Below the pieces are notes generated by a model, which was given only the letters and a program-made list of their open reading frames with translations, was not told the DNA's origin and ran no database searches. A program made the translations under genes and the position numbers. Positions 37,905 to 48,073 of a stretch of 64,000 bases of DNA are shown here, piece after piece; position 1 is the first letter of the stretch; the number at the start of each line of letters is the position of its first letter. Source of the stretch: Candidatus Omnitrophica bacterium UBA6253 (GTDB taxonomy: Bacteria; Omnitrophota; Gorgyraeia; Gygaellales; Profunditerraquicolaceae); assembly GCA_002441245.1 (NCBI GenBank), contig DJVP01000011.1, positions 53,295-117,294 on the forward strand, given 5' to 3'.

Positions 37905-38027
37905 AATTTTCTTGTGTGGATATTTTTGTATAAAAATACGGATTTTGTTTTAGTTGTGGCTGAATTTCGCTATTGAATGTGGATGAAGAAAGATTATTAA
38001 TTAAAGACACAAATAAAAAACTCTTCT

Positions 38028-39725
38028 ATGAAGAAGATCATCCCTAGCATAAAGATAATAACAATCATTTTAGTTGTTGCTTCATTTTTTGCGTTATTTT
38101 ATTCCTCTGTAGTTTTGAACAAGAATATTTCTTTTACTAATGATGAGCTCTGGGATTATATGCCAGCAGTTGCTATTGTCAATAATGAATTTATTGTCGA
38201 AAGTCAAGGGATCAATGTGCTTGGTTATAAAATTCCGCTTGTTACTGGTCCTTATCAAGGTGCACTAAAGACTTGGATAGCTGCACCCATAATTTATGTA
38301 TTTGGAACTTCTCCCCTTGCTTTACGAACTTTAAATATTGTTACAGCTCTTTTATTTTTATTTGCTTTTTATTGGGCACTACTAGGACTGTTGGAAAAAA
38401 AATATGCAATTTTAGTTTTCCTAATACCTTTTTTCGATGGCAATTTCTTATTGACCTCTCCATTAGATTACGGGTCTTTCTTATTTCAGAGTATTTTTAT
38501 TGTTCTTGGATTTGGATGTATTTTCCGTTTTTTTATTTTAAAAGACATTAGGTATCTTTGGTTGCTTTCATTATTTACTGGATGTCTATTAGCGCACAAA
38601 TTAACTTCTGTTCCGATTGTATTATTGTTTATTTTTATTTTTTTATTTGGTAGTCTTATTTTTCGTATGTTTCTGAAAGATAATGGTTGGATTTCCTCAA
38701 CTGTTAATATATTGCTTGTATCTTTTGTACTTTTTTTATTACCTTTAATTCCACATATAATTTATTTTTTGAAATCAAATGGACTTAGTTCATTTCTTGA
38801 AATGACAAAAAGCCATGAAAATATTGGGTTTTGCAGTAAAGTATTAAATAACTTGTTGTATTTAGGTAGTTCTGGCTCTAGCAATGGCCTTTATTGGTGT
38901 AGGAGTCTAATTGGGGATATGAATTTTTCTCCGAAGTTTGGATTATTCACATTTGCCTATGGTATCTACGGCATTTATTGCATTTCAATCTTACTACTAA
39001 TTTTATATAGCAATATTAAAATTGATTTAAGAAGATTTGTTATAGGTGGTTTTATATTATTTATGTTGTCAATTTTTTCTTTTTCTTTGTTCAAAGGTCT
39101 CAATAGGCCTTGGCATTACCAATTATTATATCCCTTTTTATGGTGTCAGGCGATTGTTTCCTTTGCTTATATGGTTGATTTCTTGTCAAGGAAGAATTTA
39201 ATTTGCAAGGTAATCCTTTATATAATTTATTTTATTCTTGGGATAGGATTGATTGTATCTTCTTTTTTTTCATATTGTTTGTTGGAAAGAATTGAGCAAA
39301 GTAAGGGAATGTCAATAACATCTCCTGTATTTAATGATTTTAGTAAATTATTGAAAAGACATAAATTTCAAAAGATATATAGCATAAATTACTCTTTAGG
39401 TTGGCCATTATATGTTGTGCTTGAAAGAAAATTACATATAGTAGATTTTGCTTTCTCTCAAATTGATAGTAATATATTATCTAGTATAATGACAGATCTG
39501 TTGGGCAACCAGAATGTTTGCTTAGTTTACCGCTATTCTAATTATAGCGGGGAAGATGCTAATTGGACTAAATGGTTGAATAAGGAATCTAGTATATATA
39601 AAATCAAAGATTTTATAAGCAAACATCAAGATAAATTGAAAGTCATCCGTATTAATAATGAATTTAATAAAGATCGAGAAGATATAGAGTTTGTTTTGGT
39701 ATATGCAAACAAAGGTAAATCTTAG
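38028..39725 (+). CDS. Polytopic integral membrane protein (~13 TM) of the glycan locus; function unknown, possible GT-C-like or polymerase-like
   Basis: 565 aa, highly hydrophobic and Phe/Leu/Ile-rich, with a soluble C-terminal ~150 aa. Confidence 0.45.
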   Translation: MKKIIPSIKIITIILVVASFFALFYSSVVLNKNISFTNDELWDYMPAVAIVNNEFIVESQGINVLGYKIPLVTGPYQGALKTWIAAPIIYVFGTSPLALRTLNIVTALLFLFAFYWALLGLLEKKYAILVFLIPFFDGNFLLTSPLDYGSFLFQSIFIVLGFGCIFRFFILKDIRYLWLLSLFTGCLLAHKLTSVPIVLLFIFIFLFGSLIFRMFLKDNGWISSTVNILLVSFVLFLLPLIPHIIYFLKSNGLSSFLEMTKSHENIGFCSKVLNNLLYLGSSGSSNGLYWCRSLIGDMNFSPKFGLFTFAYGIYGIYCISILLLILYSNIKIDLRRFVIGGFILFMLSIFSFSLFKGLNRPWHYQLLYPFLWCQAIVSFAYMVDFLSRKNLICKVILYIIYFILGIGLIVSSFFSYCLLERIEQSKGMSITSPVFNDFSKLLKRHKFQKIYSINYSLGWPLYVVLERKLHIVDFAFSQIDSNILSSIMTDLLGNQNVCLVYRYSNYSGEDANWTKWLNKESSIYKIKDFISKHQDKLKVIRINNEFNKDREDIEFVLVYANKGKS

Positions 39726-39812
39726 TAATGATGATGGTGATTTTACTGAACTATTTGACAAGCATAAACATGAATCTTGGATTTGAGTATGAAAATTAAA
39801 TATTGAAAGGCA

Positions 39813-41195
39813 TTGAGTGTGAAGGTTTTATTGGTGATTCCTATTAACAGAAGTTATGTAATAACACCTAGCCTAGGACTGGGATACATTGCTTCGGTTT
39901 TAAGATTACAAGGCCATAAGGTAAAGATTTTACATTGTATTAAGGAAAAGTTTACTTTTGGTGACTTTGATAATTATATCAAACAAAATAATTTTGATTT
40001 TATTGGAATACAAATGTTTACTTTTGACAGCACTTCGGTTAAGCGGCATTTGGATATAATTAAAAAGAATAAACCATCTACTACTACAATATTGGGGGGG
40101 TACCATCCTTCCGGTGATCCGCATGAAATTTTGAAAAAGTTCCCACAAGCGGATTTTGCTTTTATAAGTGAAACAGAGATAGCTTTTCCATTTTTCTTAG
40201 AAGAAATAAATAAAAAGGATCCTAATTTAAGTATTGTGCCAAATCTTATATGGAGGAACGGTGATAAAATAATTATTAATTCTCTAAAGATAATTGATGA
40301 TTTAGACGAAATTCCTTTTCCGGCATGGGATTTGATGGATCCAAGAACTTACCCCGAAGCTCCTCATGGCGGATTTTTTAAAAGTTTCCCTACCGCTCCG
40401 ATAATTATTACTCGGGGTTGTCCTATGGAATGTACGTTTTGTGCGGGTAAATCTATTACTACTAAAGAAATAAGAAAAAGATCAATTAATAACGTGATAG
40501 AAGAAATGAAATTCTTGAAGGTAAAATATGGTGTTAATGATTTTTTAATTGAAGATGAAAATTTTACGCTTCATAAAAACCTAGTTTATGATTTCTGCAA
40601 TCAGTTAATAAATCAACAACTAAAAGTTACTTGGAGCTGTCCTTCTGGGGTGAGATTAGATACGTTAGATTTGGCCATTTTGCAATTGATGGAAGAATCT
40701 GGCTGTCACTCTCTTGCCGTTGGTGTGGAATTCGGTTCGCAACGAATACATGATTTAACAAAGAAAAATTTAACTATCAAAATAATAAAAGAAAGGATAT
40801 CTTTGTTTCAGCATACTAAAATTAAAGTAACTGGTTTTTTTATGTTTGGTATCCCAGGAGAGACAGAGCAGGAGATGATACAAACGATTAAATTTGCCAA
40901 AGCTTTGAACATTAACCGGGCGCAATTTAATAATTTTATGCCTTTACCGGGTTCGTCATTATATGCTCAACTTAAACACGATGGTATGGATAGTATTGAT
41001 TCCGACCATTTCTTCGTTCACGATGTTGGTTATGTGCCGCAAGGTTTGACTAGAAAACGACTTAAGAATATTCAGCGTAGGGCTTATTTAGAATTTTATT
41101 TAAGACCTAAAATAATCGTTGGTTTGATTAAAGAAATTACTTCATTTAGACAACTATGTAGATTGATCAAAAGATTTATGGATGGTCTTACGTAA
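39813..41195 (+). CDS. B12-binding-domain radical SAM protein (paralog 2)
   Basis: CX3CX2C motif (GCPMECTFC) after an N-terminal B12-like domain. TTG start. Confidence 0.8.
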   Translation: MSVKVLLVIPINRSYVITPSLGLGYIASVLRLQGHKVKILHCIKEKFTFGDFDNYIKQNNFDFIGIQMFTFDSTSVKRHLDIIKKNKPSTTTILGGYHPSGDPHEILKKFPQADFAFISETEIAFPFFLEEINKKDPNLSIVPNLIWRNGDKIIINSLKIIDDLDEIPFPAWDLMDPRTYPEAPHGGFFKSFPTAPIIITRGCPMECTFCAGKSITTKEIRKRSINNVIEEMKFLKVKYGVNDFLIEDENFTLHKNLVYDFCNQLINQQLKVTWSCPSGVRLDTLDLAILQLMEESGCHSLAVGVEFGSQRIHDLTKKNLTIKIIKERISLFQHTKIKVTGFFMFGIPGETEQEMIQTIKFAKALNINRAQFNNFMPLPGSSLYAQLKHDGMDSIDSDHFFVHDVGYVPQGLTRKRLKNIQRRAYLEFYLRPKIIVGLIKEITSFRQLCRLIKRFMDGLT

Positions 41196-41291
41196 AATGT
41201 TAGTTTATAATAAACGTATTTTTCTGGATTTAATTGTTTGGCGTAATTCTACGAGAGTAAGTCTGTAGATCTGCTATTTAAAGAGGGGGCT

Positions 41292-42011
41292 ATGAATATA
41301 AAAAAATTATCAATTATCATTCCCGCTTATAACGAGTGTAATACTATTCACTTGGTACTCAACAAAATTAAAGATGTGATTTTAATAAATGGAATTACAA
41401 AAGAAGTAATTATCGTAAACGATTGCTCAACAGATGATACGGAGAGAGCTATAGAAAACTATATTGCAGCCAATCCATCTTTAAATATTCAGTATTTTAA
41501 ACATGAAATAAATCAGGGAAAAGGTGCTGCGTTGCATACAGGTATTTCTAAAGCAATTGGGGATTATTTAGTAATTCAAGATGCAGACCTTGAGTATGAC
41601 CCATATGAATATAACCTGTTACTTAGCCCTGTTATTAATGGATTTGCTGATATTGTATATGGTTCAAGGTTAATGGGAGGAAACCCACATAGGGTTTTAT
41701 TTTTTTGGCACAGTATTGGCAATAAATTTCTGACCTTTATTTCAAATACGTTTACAAACTTGAATCTGACTGATATGGAAACATGTTATAAACTTTTCAA
41801 AAGAGAAATAATTCAAAATATTAAGTTAAAAGAAAAAAGATTTGGTTTTGAACCAGAAGTAACTGCCAAAATAGCTCGAATTCCTAATCTTCGTTTATAT
41901 GAGGTTGGAATTTCCTATTATGGCAGGACTTATGCAGAAGGTAAGAAAATCGGATGGAAAGATGGTTTAAGGGCTATTTATTGTATAATCAAGTATAATA
42001 TATTTATATAG
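41292..42011 (+). CDS. GT2 polyprenol-phosphate sugar synthase (DPM1/ArnC-like)
   Basis: 239 aa, LSIIIPAYNECNTI...VNDCSTDDT...IQDADLEYDP (DxD). Its small size is typical of Dpm1-like enzymes. Confidence 0.7.
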   Translation: MNIKKLSIIIPAYNECNTIHLVLNKIKDVILINGITKEVIIVNDCSTDDTERAIENYIAANPSLNIQYFKHEINQGKGAALHTGISKAIGDYLVIQDADLEYDPYEYNLLLSPVINGFADIVYGSRLMGGNPHRVLFFWHSIGNKFLTFISNTFTNLNLTDMETCYKLFKREIIQNIKLKEKRFGFEPEVTAKIARIPNLRLYEVGISYYGRTYAEGKKIGWKDGLRAIYCIIKYNIFI

Positions 42012-42026
42012 AAAATTAACAATTTA

Positions 42027-44534
42027 ATGAGAAAAAATATCGAAATATTTCTTGGATTTTTCCTTGTTTTAGGAGTTACGCTTACTTCTTGGGGGCTTTC
42101 GCATATGTCATGGCCGTCTGTTTTGCCTTGGACTAATATAAATGCGCTTACTTGTTACTTGATTTTTCTTGGTGTCTGTACTGGATTGGTCATCTTTGGT
42201 TATTTTTGGAGTAGAAGAAGTGCGTTGCTCACAGGTTTTGCTCTTGTTGCTGGAATTGTTTTATTAACGGGTAATTTGTGGCCTTTTTTTGTTGTTTTAT
42301 GGTTTGTTGTTGCTTCTGTTCTATTTGGGAGATATATATTGATAGTGTTTCGTATAATGTTAGATGAAGATAGCTGGTTGATAAGTTTCTTAGTCGGGGG
42401 TGGCATTTATGGGATTGCTGTTGGTCTTTTAGCCCATTTTCCTGTGAATTATCCTGGATTATACGGAATTGCTCTTGTATTGCCAATAATATTAAGTTGG
42501 CGTACTGTTTTAGGGGTAGGCAAAAGATTTTTAAGTCGAATTGCTCAAAATTGTATTCCTCAGGTTGCATTCAAAATTAATATTTTAGATGTGACTATTG
42601 TAGTTGTCTCATTAGTTTACTTTGTAGTAGCATTGATGCCAGAATTGGGTTATGACGCGCTTGCAACCCATTTGTTTGTTCCGGCGCAACTTGCAACAAG
42701 ACATCAATGGGGTTTTGATGCTACAAAATATGTTTGGGCAGTTTTTCCTATGTTGGGCGACTGGATTTTTTCTATTGGCTATATGTTAGCTGGTGAGACT
42801 GGGGCACGATTAATTAATGTGGTATTTATTTTTACACTTGCTTGCTTAGTCCGGAAACTTGTACTTTGGGCAGGTGGTTCAATTGTTGGTGTAAGGTGGG
42901 CAATACTCATTTTTTTATCTACGCCACTAACTTTTACCGAAGGCAGTTCTCTTTATATTGATTCAATTTGGGCGTCATTTGTTGTTGCTGGCGTATGGGG
43001 AATCCTTAGTTTTTGTTCTGATTATAGTAAACCAAAATCTGAATTGCCATTGGCAGGATTATTCCTGGGGCTTGCACTGTCCACGAAGGCTGTAACATTT
43101 CTCATATTGCCCGTCTTGCTCTTAATAATGATATTGCGTTATAGATCTTGGTATAAATCGGTAAGTTTACAATCTTTGGCTATTGGTTTTAGTTTATTTT
43201 TCGTTTTATCTGCAATTCCTTATATAACAGCTTGGTTTTTGACTAATAATCCGGTTTTCCCATTTTTTAATGCTTTCTTTAAGTCTCCTTATTATCCTTC
43301 TGTATCGAACTTTGATACAACCGCTACAGTATATGGACAGGGAATAACTTGGGATATTCTGTACAGGTGGACATTTGAAACAGGAAAATATTTGGAGGCT
43401 AGTGCTGGTGCATCTGGTTTTCAGTGGCTATTATTCTTTCTACCTGTAGGATTAATTTTGATTGTTATAAAACAATATAAGGGTATTGCTATGTTTTTAG
43501 TTGCAATATCGATTGTTGTCTTAGTATTTAATTACGTAAGCTACTTGAGATATGTTTTTCCTGCTTGGGTAATATTCTCAGCAGCTATAGGTGTAGCTTT
43601 AAGTATTAAGTTTTCAAAATATATTATCATTAGAGGTACATATTATATATTGGTGGTTGCTACTATTTTATTGAACCTTCTATTTTTAGGAGCTGGAGCA
43701 TTTTATAGAGATTTTCCTTTAGAAGCTATCCTTAACGAAAATAATAGAATGCATTATTTAGTAGATAATATGCCTATCAGATATGCAGTTAAAGTAGTTA
43801 ATGATCTTAATATTGACAGGTCACCTGTTGCTGTTTTTGCTGAGGCTAGGACTGCAGGTTTAGCGTCTGACGCACTCTATCCAGCCTGGTATAATTGGAG
43901 TTTTCAAAAAGAAATTATATCTATTCAGACTGAAAAGGATGCAGCTGAAGTTTTATTTAAAAGGGGTGTTAATTTTGTTATTCTAGATTCTAATTGGCTG
44001 GGAACTAATTGTTGCCCGGATGAAGGTATGAGGCAAAAGTTAATAGAAAATATTACTGAGCCAATTACTCAATACCATTCTATTGGGGTTAGAAAAATCA
44101 AGTCTATGGGGATTGGGACAATTAAAACCTCCAACTTTTTCAAAACAGAGCTACTCGTTAATTCCAATTTTGTATCTGCAAGCGCCTGGAATTTTCCTGT
44201 TGTAACAAATTATGATTCTAAAAATGGCGTTATCTCAGCTAGTGTTGATTCTCCTGTAACTCAATATGTTAGTGTCATTCCTGGAAGATGCTATCTTTAT
44301 TCCATTGTAGCCCGCTCTGCTAAAGAAGGAGTCCAGGGGCGTATGCAAATTAATTGGTTAAACAAAAGCGGAAAGTTTATTACTACTAATATTCAAGTTT
44401 ATAATTGTTCGCCAACTTGGACTGAGCATACAATGGAAATAATTGCTCCACCAGACGCCTCAGGTGCAGTAGTTTATGTTGGTGGACATTCGTTGATTCC
44501 AGTGGAGTTTAAAAGTTGTTCTTTACGAGAATAA
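42027..44534 (+). CDS. Large GT-C-like membrane protein (~14 TM, ArnT/PMT-like) with a C-terminal ~270-aa soluble beta-rich domain
   Basis: 835 aa. It follows the DPM1-like synthase directly, which is the architecture of lipid-linked-sugar-dependent periplasmic glycosyltransferases. Confidence 0.55.
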   Translation: MRKNIEIFLGFFLVLGVTLTSWGLSHMSWPSVLPWTNINALTCYLIFLGVCTGLVIFGYFWSRRSALLTGFALVAGIVLLTGNLWPFFVVLWFVVASVLFGRYILIVFRIMLDEDSWLISFLVGGGIYGIAVGLLAHFPVNYPGLYGIALVLPIILSWRTVLGVGKRFLSRIAQNCIPQVAFKINILDVTIVVVSLVYFVVALMPELGYDALATHLFVPAQLATRHQWGFDATKYVWAVFPMLGDWIFSIGYMLAGETGARLINVVFIFTLACLVRKLVLWAGGSIVGVRWAILIFLSTPLTFTEGSSLYIDSIWASFVVAGVWGILSFCSDYSKPKSELPLAGLFLGLALSTKAVTFLILPVLLLIMILRYRSWYKSVSLQSLAIGFSLFFVLSAIPYITAWFLTNNPVFPFFNAFFKSPYYPSVSNFDTTATVYGQGITWDILYRWTFETGKYLEASAGASGFQWLLFFLPVGLILIVIKQYKGIAMFLVAISIVVLVFNYVSYLRYVFPAWVIFSAAIGVALSIKFSKYIIIRGTYYILVVATILLNLLFLGAGAFYRDFPLEAILNENNRMHYLVDNMPIRYAVKVVNDLNIDRSPVAVFAEARTAGLASDALYPAWYNWSFQKEIISIQTEKDAAEVLFKRGVNFVILDSNWLGTNCCPDEGMRQKLIENITEPITQYHSIGVRKIKSMGIGTIKTSNFFKTELLVNSNFVSASAWNFPVVTNYDSKNGVISASVDSPVTQYVSVIPGRCYLYSIVARSAKEGVQGRMQINWLNKSGKFITTNIQVYNCSPTWTEHTMEIIAPPDASGAVVYVGGHSLIPVEFKSCSLRE

Positions 44535-44571
44535 ATATTTTATGTAGGAAAACCAAAAATGAGGAGATTTT

Positions 44572-45588
44572 ATGATTAGTACTACTGAAAATAATCGTAT
44601 TGCAGTTGTTATCCCGTGTTACCGTGTTACGAAGCATATCCTTGATGTTATTACAGGGATTGGGCCTGAGGTATGGCGTATCTATGTAGTTGACGATAAG
44701 TGTCCTGATGAATCTTGGAAATATGTAGAAACAAACTGTAATGATTTGCGTGTTGTAATATTACGGCATGAGGTTAATCAAGGAGTTGGTAGTGCAGTAA
44801 TGACTGGTTATAAGGTGGCAATTGCAGATGGAGCTGATGTTATTGTAAAGATTGATGGTGATGGGCAGATGGACCCAAGTTTAATTCATGCGTTTACTAC
44901 ACCTATTTTGGTAGGGGAAGCGGATTACTCAAAAGGAAACCGTTTTTTTAACCTTGAGAAAATTCGCGCTATGCCTAAGGGGAGGCTTTTTGGTAATGCG
45001 GTATTATCATTTATAACTAAAATTTCTTCTGGTTATTGGGATTTATTTGATCCTTCTAATGGGTATACCGCAATTCATGCTGATGTAGCTCGACATTTGC
45101 CATTTGAAAAAATCAGCTCACGTTATTTTTTTGAAACCGATATATTATTTAGACTCAATACGCTACGTGCGGTTGTGGTCGATATACCTATGGATGCTCA
45201 ATATGGTAGTGAAGTTAGTAACCTTAAGATCCCAAGAATTATTGGTGAGTTTTTTATTAAAAATGCTCGCAATCTTTTAAAGCGAATCTTTTACAACTAT
45301 TATTTGCGTGATATGTCAATTGCATCTATAGAGTTGCCTTTGGGTTTGTTACTGTTTGTTTCTGGTTGTGGTTTTGGTGTTTACCATTGGGTTAATTCAT
45401 TGCAAATAGGTAGTAATACATCGGCTGGTACGGTAATGCTAGCCGCACTGCCAATTTTAATGGGGTCACAACTCATATTAGCTTTTCTTGGATATGACAT
45501 CGCGAACGTGCCGCGTAGACCTTTGCATAAGTTGCGACAGTTTTTAAAAAATACTTCGACGCATACTGGGTTATCAAGCGAAACATGA
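44572..45588 (+). CDS. GT2 glycosyltransferase with two C-terminal TM helices (GtrB/ArnC-like polyprenyl-phosphate glycosyltransferase)
   Basis: VVIPCYRV...VDDKCPDES...KIDGDGQMDP, plus C-terminal TM helices (LPLGLLLFVSGCGFGVY; MLAALPILMGSQLILAFL). Confidence 0.75.
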   Translation: MISTTENNRIAVVIPCYRVTKHILDVITGIGPEVWRIYVVDDKCPDESWKYVETNCNDLRVVILRHEVNQGVGSAVMTGYKVAIADGADVIVKIDGDGQMDPSLIHAFTTPILVGEADYSKGNRFFNLEKIRAMPKGRLFGNAVLSFITKISSGYWDLFDPSNGYTAIHADVARHLPFEKISSRYFFETDILFRLNTLRAVVVDIPMDAQYGSEVSNLKIPRIIGEFFIKNARNLLKRIFYNYYLRDMSIASIELPLGLLLFVSGCGFGVYHWVNSLQIGSNTSAGTVMLAALPILMGSQLILAFLGYDIANVPRRPLHKLRQFLKNTSTHTGLSSET

Positions 45589-47045
45589 AATCTGCAAATT
45601 TAGGTAATATGGCTATGTTAAGCGAAAAAAAGATCTATTTACTATATCCACCTATATCCAAAATGGAGAGATATTCTTCTGAAATTGGAAGTGCCGGGGG
45701 TGAACAAATTCCACTTGGGATTTTTTATCTCGCGTCTTATCTTAGGAAATTTGATTTTCAGGTGAAGGTCACTGATGCCGAAGCATTGAAGCTTGCATCT
45801 GCTGAGATAGTTTCAGAAATCGCTGATTTTGCTCCTAAATATGTTGGGATTAGTTCAACAACTGTGGCTTTTCACAGGGCTATTGAAATAGCTGAGGATA
45901 TACGAAAAACTAATCCTGAAATCATTATTATTTTAGGTGGTCCCCATGTAACCTCTAATCCTGAGCATGCACTTTCATCGGGGCTATTTAATTATGGAGT
46001 GCTCCGCGAGGGCGAAATTACTTTAATCGAATTACTGCAAGCATTGAACGAAAACAAAAATCCAAATACAATCTCTGGTATAGCATATCTCGATAAAAAT
46101 AAAAAACTGATAGTTACCTCGCCTCGAGAATATATTAAAAATCTTGATATTCTTCCATTTCCTGCATTTGATTTATTGCATGACCTGAATTTATACAAAC
46201 CGCAACCTTCAAACTATAAGACTCTTCCCGTAATTAATATGATTACTAGTCGCGGATGTCCAGGATTATGTACTTTTTGCGACAATAATACTTTTGGTAG
46301 AAATTATAGGAAGCGTTTAGCTGAGAACATCGCTGAAGAGATAAAATACCTGATACAAGAATTTAGTATTCGTGAATTTTTCTTTGTTGATGATACATTC
46401 TTAATTGATAAGGCTCGTATTTATAGACTTTTTGAGATTCTTAAACGGGAAAATATTTCCTTTTATTGGACTTGCGCAAGCCGGATAAATGATGTAGATT
46501 ATGAATTACTGAAATTCATAAAATCCAAGGGGTGTTGGCATATTTCTTTTGGGATTGAATCTGGAGATGAAAATATATTAAAGGTTATTAAAAAGAATAT
46601 TTCTTTGGAAAGGGTTACTGAGGTAATAAAATGGTGTAAGCAGTTAGGAATTAAAACAAAAGGTTTTTTTATTCTCGGGCATCCAACCGAAACGCTTGAA
46701 ACACTTGAAAAAACTATTAAACTTGCATGTAAATTACAGCTTGATGATATTGTAGCTACTATAAATACACCTATACCAGGATCGGTGCAGTATGCAGAGG
46801 CACTTAATTACGGGGCTATTGATAAAACGGACTGGACGCAATATAATTATTGGCGTCCAGTTTTTGTGCCGAATGGGCTTACCAAGGAAATATTATTAGA
46901 AAAGCATGGGGAGATATACCGGAAATTTTACTTGCGTCCACGAATTCTACTGCGATATTTTTTTGGATTCTTTGGAAAAGGAGGATGGAGAAGATTCTTG
47001 AATATCTCTAAGGCGAGTTTTTTTATATTTAAAAAGAACAGTTAG
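45585..47045 (+). CDS. B12-binding-domain radical SAM protein (paralog 3)
   Basis: CX3CX2C motif (GCPGLCTFC) after an N-terminal B12-like domain. Confidence 0.8.
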   Translation: MKSANLGNMAMLSEKKIYLLYPPISKMERYSSEIGSAGGEQIPLGIFYLASYLRKFDFQVKVTDAEALKLASAEIVSEIADFAPKYVGISSTTVAFHRAIEIAEDIRKTNPEIIIILGGPHVTSNPEHALSSGLFNYGVLREGEITLIELLQALNENKNPNTISGIAYLDKNKKLIVTSPREYIKNLDILPFPAFDLLHDLNLYKPQPSNYKTLPVINMITSRGCPGLCTFCDNNTFGRNYRKRLAENIAEEIKYLIQEFSIREFFFVDDTFLIDKARIYRLFEILKRENISFYWTCASRINDVDYELLKFIKSKGCWHISFGIESGDENILKVIKKNISLERVTEVIKWCKQLGIKTKGFFILGHPTETLETLEKTIKLACKLQLDDIVATINTPIPGSVQYAEALNYGAIDKTDWTQYNYWRPVFVPNGLTKEILLEKHGEIYRKFYLRPRILLRYFFGFFGKGGWRRFLNISKASFFIFKKNS

Positions 47046-47089
47046 TGTCTAGCTGAAAGACCTATTAACAACCAATTAAAAGGTGGACA

Positions 47090-48073
47090 GTGAAAGTTAA
47101 AATTAGTGCAATTTCATATCATCTACCAGATAAGGTTGAGGGTGTTGATGTGCTTCAGCGTGACAACCCTGATTGGGATATGCCGCGAATCCTTGAGAAA
47201 ACGGGTGTACATAACCGATATATTTCTTCTCCTGATGAAACTGCAGTTGATTTGGCATTTAAAGCTGGAGAGAAGCTGTTTGAGAATGCCTCGATTCGTA
47301 ATGATGTTGATTTACTTATCCTAGTTACTCAGTCTCCCGATTATGTTTTACCATCTAGCGCTTGCATTTTACAGGATCGGTTTTGTTTATTGAAAAACTG
47401 CATGGCGTTTGATGTCAATCTGGGTTGTTCTGGATTTGTCTACTCGATCAGTATTGCGGGAGGGCTAATAGAATCTGGTGTTGTAAGCAAGTGCTTAATA
47501 TTATGTGCGGATACCTATTCAAAATACATCAAAAAAAACGATCGAACATGTCGTCCGGTATTTAGTGATGGAGCGGCCGCTATCTTATTAGAAAAAAGTA
47601 ACACGGATTGTATTGGTCCATTTGAGTTTGGAACCGATGGTTCAGGCTATGACCGGTTAATTGTAAAAGACAGTGGTGCTAGAGGGATAAGTCAGAAATC
47701 TAATTCTCATCTGAGTTTTATTGAGATGCGCGGTAGTGATGTATTTCTTTTTACAATGCGCGTTGTCCCTGTAAGCATTAACAATCTTCTCAAGAAAGCT
47801 GGTATTGGCATTAAGGATATTGACGTATTTGTTTTTCACCAAGCTAGTAAATTTGTTATTGATAATTTGATACAAAATATGTCTTTGGATAGGGGGAAAG
47901 TTTTTATTAATTATGATTCTATTGGGAATACTGTTTCTGCATCTATACCTATTGCTCTCAAGGATGCAGTATTGAAAAGGCGTTTGAAAGAGGGGGATAC
48001 TATTATGATTGTTGGTTTTGGTGTTGGTTTATCTTGGGGGGCCGCGCTTATGCGTTGGTCAACAATATCATGA
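47090..48073 (+). CDS. 3-oxoacyl-ACP synthase III (FabH-like KAS III)
   Basis: Active-site Cys in LGCSGFVY, and His/Asn in the FHQAS and GNT regions. GTG start. Confidence 0.8.
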   Translation: MKVKISAISYHLPDKVEGVDVLQRDNPDWDMPRILEKTGVHNRYISSPDETAVDLAFKAGEKLFENASIRNDVDLLILVTQSPDYVLPSSACILQDRFCLLKNCMAFDVNLGCSGFVYSISIAGGLIESGVVSKCLILCADTYSKYIKKNDRTCRPVFSDGAAAILLEKSNTDCIGPFEFGTDGSGYDRLIVKDSGARGISQKSNSHLSFIEMRGSDVFLFTMRVVPVSINNLLKKAGIGIKDIDVFVFHQASKFVIDNLIQNMSLDRGKVFINYDSIGNTVSASIPIALKDAVLKRRLKEGDTIMIVGFGVGLSWGAALMRWSTIS

